A DNA stretch of 64,000 bases, from sequence record NC_027399.1; one strand, given 5' to 3'. Under the pieces are notes generated by a model. The model saw nothing but the letters and a program-made list of their open reading frames with translations, made no database searches and was not told where the DNA came from. The first letter of the stretch is position 1; every line of letters starts with the position of its first letter. Positions 62,019 to 64,000 of this stretch are shown in pieces. The position numbers and the translations under genes were made by a program.

Positions 62019-62048
62019 AAAAGCCTCCCTTCGTGGAGGCTTTTTTCG
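62019..62048 (+). terminator. rho-independent terminator
   Basis: AAAGCCTCC-CTTCGT-GGAGGCTTT plus T tract. Confidence 0.75.
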
Positions 62049-62072
62049 TTCTTTTTTAATTTAAATTGAGTC

Positions 62073-62101
62073 TTGACAAATAATACATTTTTATGTATAA
62101 T
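62073..62101 (+). promoter_or_regulatory. sigma70 promoter
   Basis: TTGACA-17-TATAAT perfect consensus. Confidence 0.8.
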
Positions 62102-62136
62102 AATCCTAATAATTAGAAAAGTATCAGGTGTGATTT

Positions 62137-62721
62137 ATGTTAAGTACTTTTAAGCGAGTTTATTTAAGAAACAACAAAATGCAAGTTCGTTTACACAAAG
62201 ACGAAGCTGATTCGTTTATGGCTAAAGCTATTGTTAAATCTGAATTGTACAAACGCCTTTCACCAAAAGAAAGCTCGCCATATGGATTTAATCACCCACA
62301 CAGCCATTATGTTGGATTGGTGTGTGAACACGCTGCTTATGTGTTGTTCACGGAACTGGAAGAAATGACTGGCATCAAATACGATATCGATCCAGCATTC
62401 CAGAATAGTAAAAGAGATGGTGAATGTGATTTAATTGTTAACAATCTACGTATAGAAGTGAAGGGTATTAAGTACAAATCATGGACTAATTATGGTCCGT
62501 GTATCAGTACAAGACAATTAAAGAATATTGAGAAAAAAGCAGATATCATTCTGTGGGTTTTGTATAATGAAAAACGTCATGAATTTTCGTTTGAAGGTTT
62601 TAATTATGTAAAAGATGTACATACTGTACCAGTTAAAATTACTGGTGCTAAAGGTAAACCACAAATTAAAAATCATCCAGTTATTGATATTATTAAACCA
62701 TTACAGGAATTACCAATATGA
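62137..62721 (+). CDS. restriction-endonuclease-like PD-(D/E)XK nuclease
   Basis: G..CE.A helix, CDL..N..IEVK, D..LW.L pattern. Confidence 0.6.
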   Translation: MLSTFKRVYLRNNKMQVRLHKDEADSFMAKAIVKSELYKRLSPKESSPYGFNHPHSHYVGLVCEHAAYVLFTELEEMTGIKYDIDPAFQNSKRDGECDLIVNNLRIEVKGIKYKSWTNYGPCISTRQLKNIEKKADIILWVLYNEKRHEFSFEGFNYVKDVHTVPVKITGAKGKPQIKNHPVIDIIKPLQELPI

Positions 62722-62975
62722 TCAAATGTAATATCGTAGTGTATAATTATGAGATTAATTCACGCGATGGAAGTGAAGAATTAGTGAATTCATATTTAGA
62801 ATATGTAGTTAATTTTCCAGTACTGCCAGCGATTGGTTCTGAATTGAAAATTTATACATACAATGAAAAAGTATATGTAGTACTGGATATTGAATACAGA
62901 ACACGTATTATGGACTGTCATAATGTTGACAATCCAAGTACTATGGAAATTAATATCATTGTTAAGGAAGTATAA
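62718..62975 (+). CDS. small hypothetical protein (paralog of next gene)
   Basis: PVLPAIGSELKI....Y.V.DIE motif. Confidence 0.6.
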   Translation: MIKCNIVVYNYEINSRDGSEELVNSYLEYVVNFPVLPAIGSELKIYTYNEKVYVVLDIEYRTRIMDCHNVDNPSTMEINIIVKEV

Positions 62976-63217
62976 TGAACCAACAATACATGATTAAAGT
63001 GGTTTTGTACAAAAATGATAATCAGAGAACTAAAATCTGTTCTTCTTATGTTCAGTCATTACCAAGAACCGGAGAACTTATTACAGTACTTAATGATAAA
63101 TTCATTGTTGAACAGATTGAACACACACTGTATCCAATTAGTACAACCGATACTGTTTCGTGGAATATGAATCAACATTCTGAATCTGGTATTGCTATTA
63201 TTTGTACAAAAACATAA
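62975..63217 (+). CDS. small hypothetical protein (paralog of previous gene)
   Basis: QSLPRTGELITV....F.V.QIE motif. Confidence 0.6.
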   Translation: MNQQYMIKVVLYKNDNQRTKICSSYVQSLPRTGELITVLNDKFIVEQIEHTLYPISTTDTVSWNMNQHSESGIAIICTKT

Positions 63218-63227
63218 GGTACCACAT

Positions 63228-63674
63228 ATGATGTATTTTATATTTCTGTACTTAATATGTCACCTTGTTATTGTTACTATTATGGACAGACATTCACACT
63301 TTGGATATAGTTATAAAGTTGCTAAGATTTATGGTTTTAAATCTTATTTTGTTGCACTATTTTATAGTTATATACTCGATCCAAAGTATATGATATTGTC
63401 TCTTATACTACAAAAAGAAGCAAACATTGATACTATTTCTAAAATAGAATTCGTATGTAGGCGATTTCTTAATTCAGATGATAAATGTTCAGTTAAATTT
63501 CATTCGGATAAAGTTATTTTTGTATATAACAATGTATTCACTTGTGGTATTGAATTAAATCAGGTATTAGGTATAGTTGATATTTCATGGAATCATAACG
63601 TCATTATGCATCCAAGAACTATCAAGCTAATAGAAGCATGTAAAATAAAAGTTGACAGCGACACAAAGAGATGA
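63228..63674 (+). CDS. membrane-associated hypothetical protein
   Basis: two hydrophobic segments; ATG 63228 after AAGG. Confidence 0.55.
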   Translation: MMYFIFLYLICHLVIVTIMDRHSHFGYSYKVAKIYGFKSYFVALFYSYILDPKYMILSLILQKEANIDTISKIEFVCRRFLNSDDKCSVKFHSDKVIFVYNNVFTCGIELNQVLGIVDISWNHNVIMHPRTIKLIEACKIKVDSDTKR

Positions 63675-63710
63675 TATTATATAGAATAAACACATATTAA
63701 AGAGGTGTAT

Positions 63711-64000
63711 ATGGATGCTTTAGCTACTCTATTCAAACTGAATACTTCAGAAAAAGAAGGTTATTTGAGTATCAGTGATCTTGAAAATACAAGTGAATAT
63801 ATTTTCAAAAATACAATCAAAATTAAAGCTAATAAGGATAAAAGCAATACACATTTCACAAAATGGATTGCTTATTGGGAGGGTGTTAATTTCGCAGTTG
63901 AAATGACAGTTCTACCAAAAGTATTAAGTACCGGATTTGTTAAAGTTGTTATTATTGATAAAAATCTTCGACCAATTTCAGAAATTGGTGAATACCCGGT
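63711..64000 (+). CDS. hypothetical protein, 3'-truncated by window edge
   Basis: GAGGTG RBS, MDALATLFKLN.. open to end of window. Confidence 0.65.
   Translation, partial: MDALATLFKLNTSEKEGYLSISDLENTSEYIFKNTIKIKANKDKSNTHFTKWIAYWEGVNFAVEMTVLPKVLSTGFVKVVIIDKNLRPISEIGEYP

Overview
This is an AT-rich (~30% GC by eye) segment of a T4-related jumbo myophage genome. It resembles the RaK2/GAP32/PBECO4-like group and probably has an enterobacterial host; both are my recognition, not a database result. Almost all genes are on the + strand. 0-33 kb holds replication and nucleotide genes (nrdA/nrdB, DHFR, Dda helicase, topoisomerase II gp39+60 and gp52, clamp loader, DexA-like exonuclease, a truncated DnaE module), translation/proteostasis genes (IF3, YggL-like, ClpS-like, GroES), late/structural genes after TAAATA promoters, two tandem T4 T-like holin paralogs (the only credible - strand genes), and three Mom-like GNAT domains, two of them fused to Vsr/Hef-like nucleases. 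33-64 kb is an accessory region of short hypothetical genes. At least 15 of them share a conserved C-terminal E-x-x-F-Q-x-S-[TL] motif. It also carries a C5 methyltransferase, a NADAR, two PTH2-like proteins and a restriction-like nuclease. 51.6-57.7 kb is an RNA-gene island: 7 tRNAs interleaved with more than 10 structured non-tRNA RNAs. These include a 3-copy, exactly 50-nt tRNA-like family with clear covariation, a 2-copy family with an invariant 20-nt core, and several CCA-ended RNAs. The palindrome AGTACT is about 10-fold over-represented in the 6 kb counted by hand and recurs throughout. No CRISPR array was found. All calls are from motif recognition and hand folding; no searches were run.
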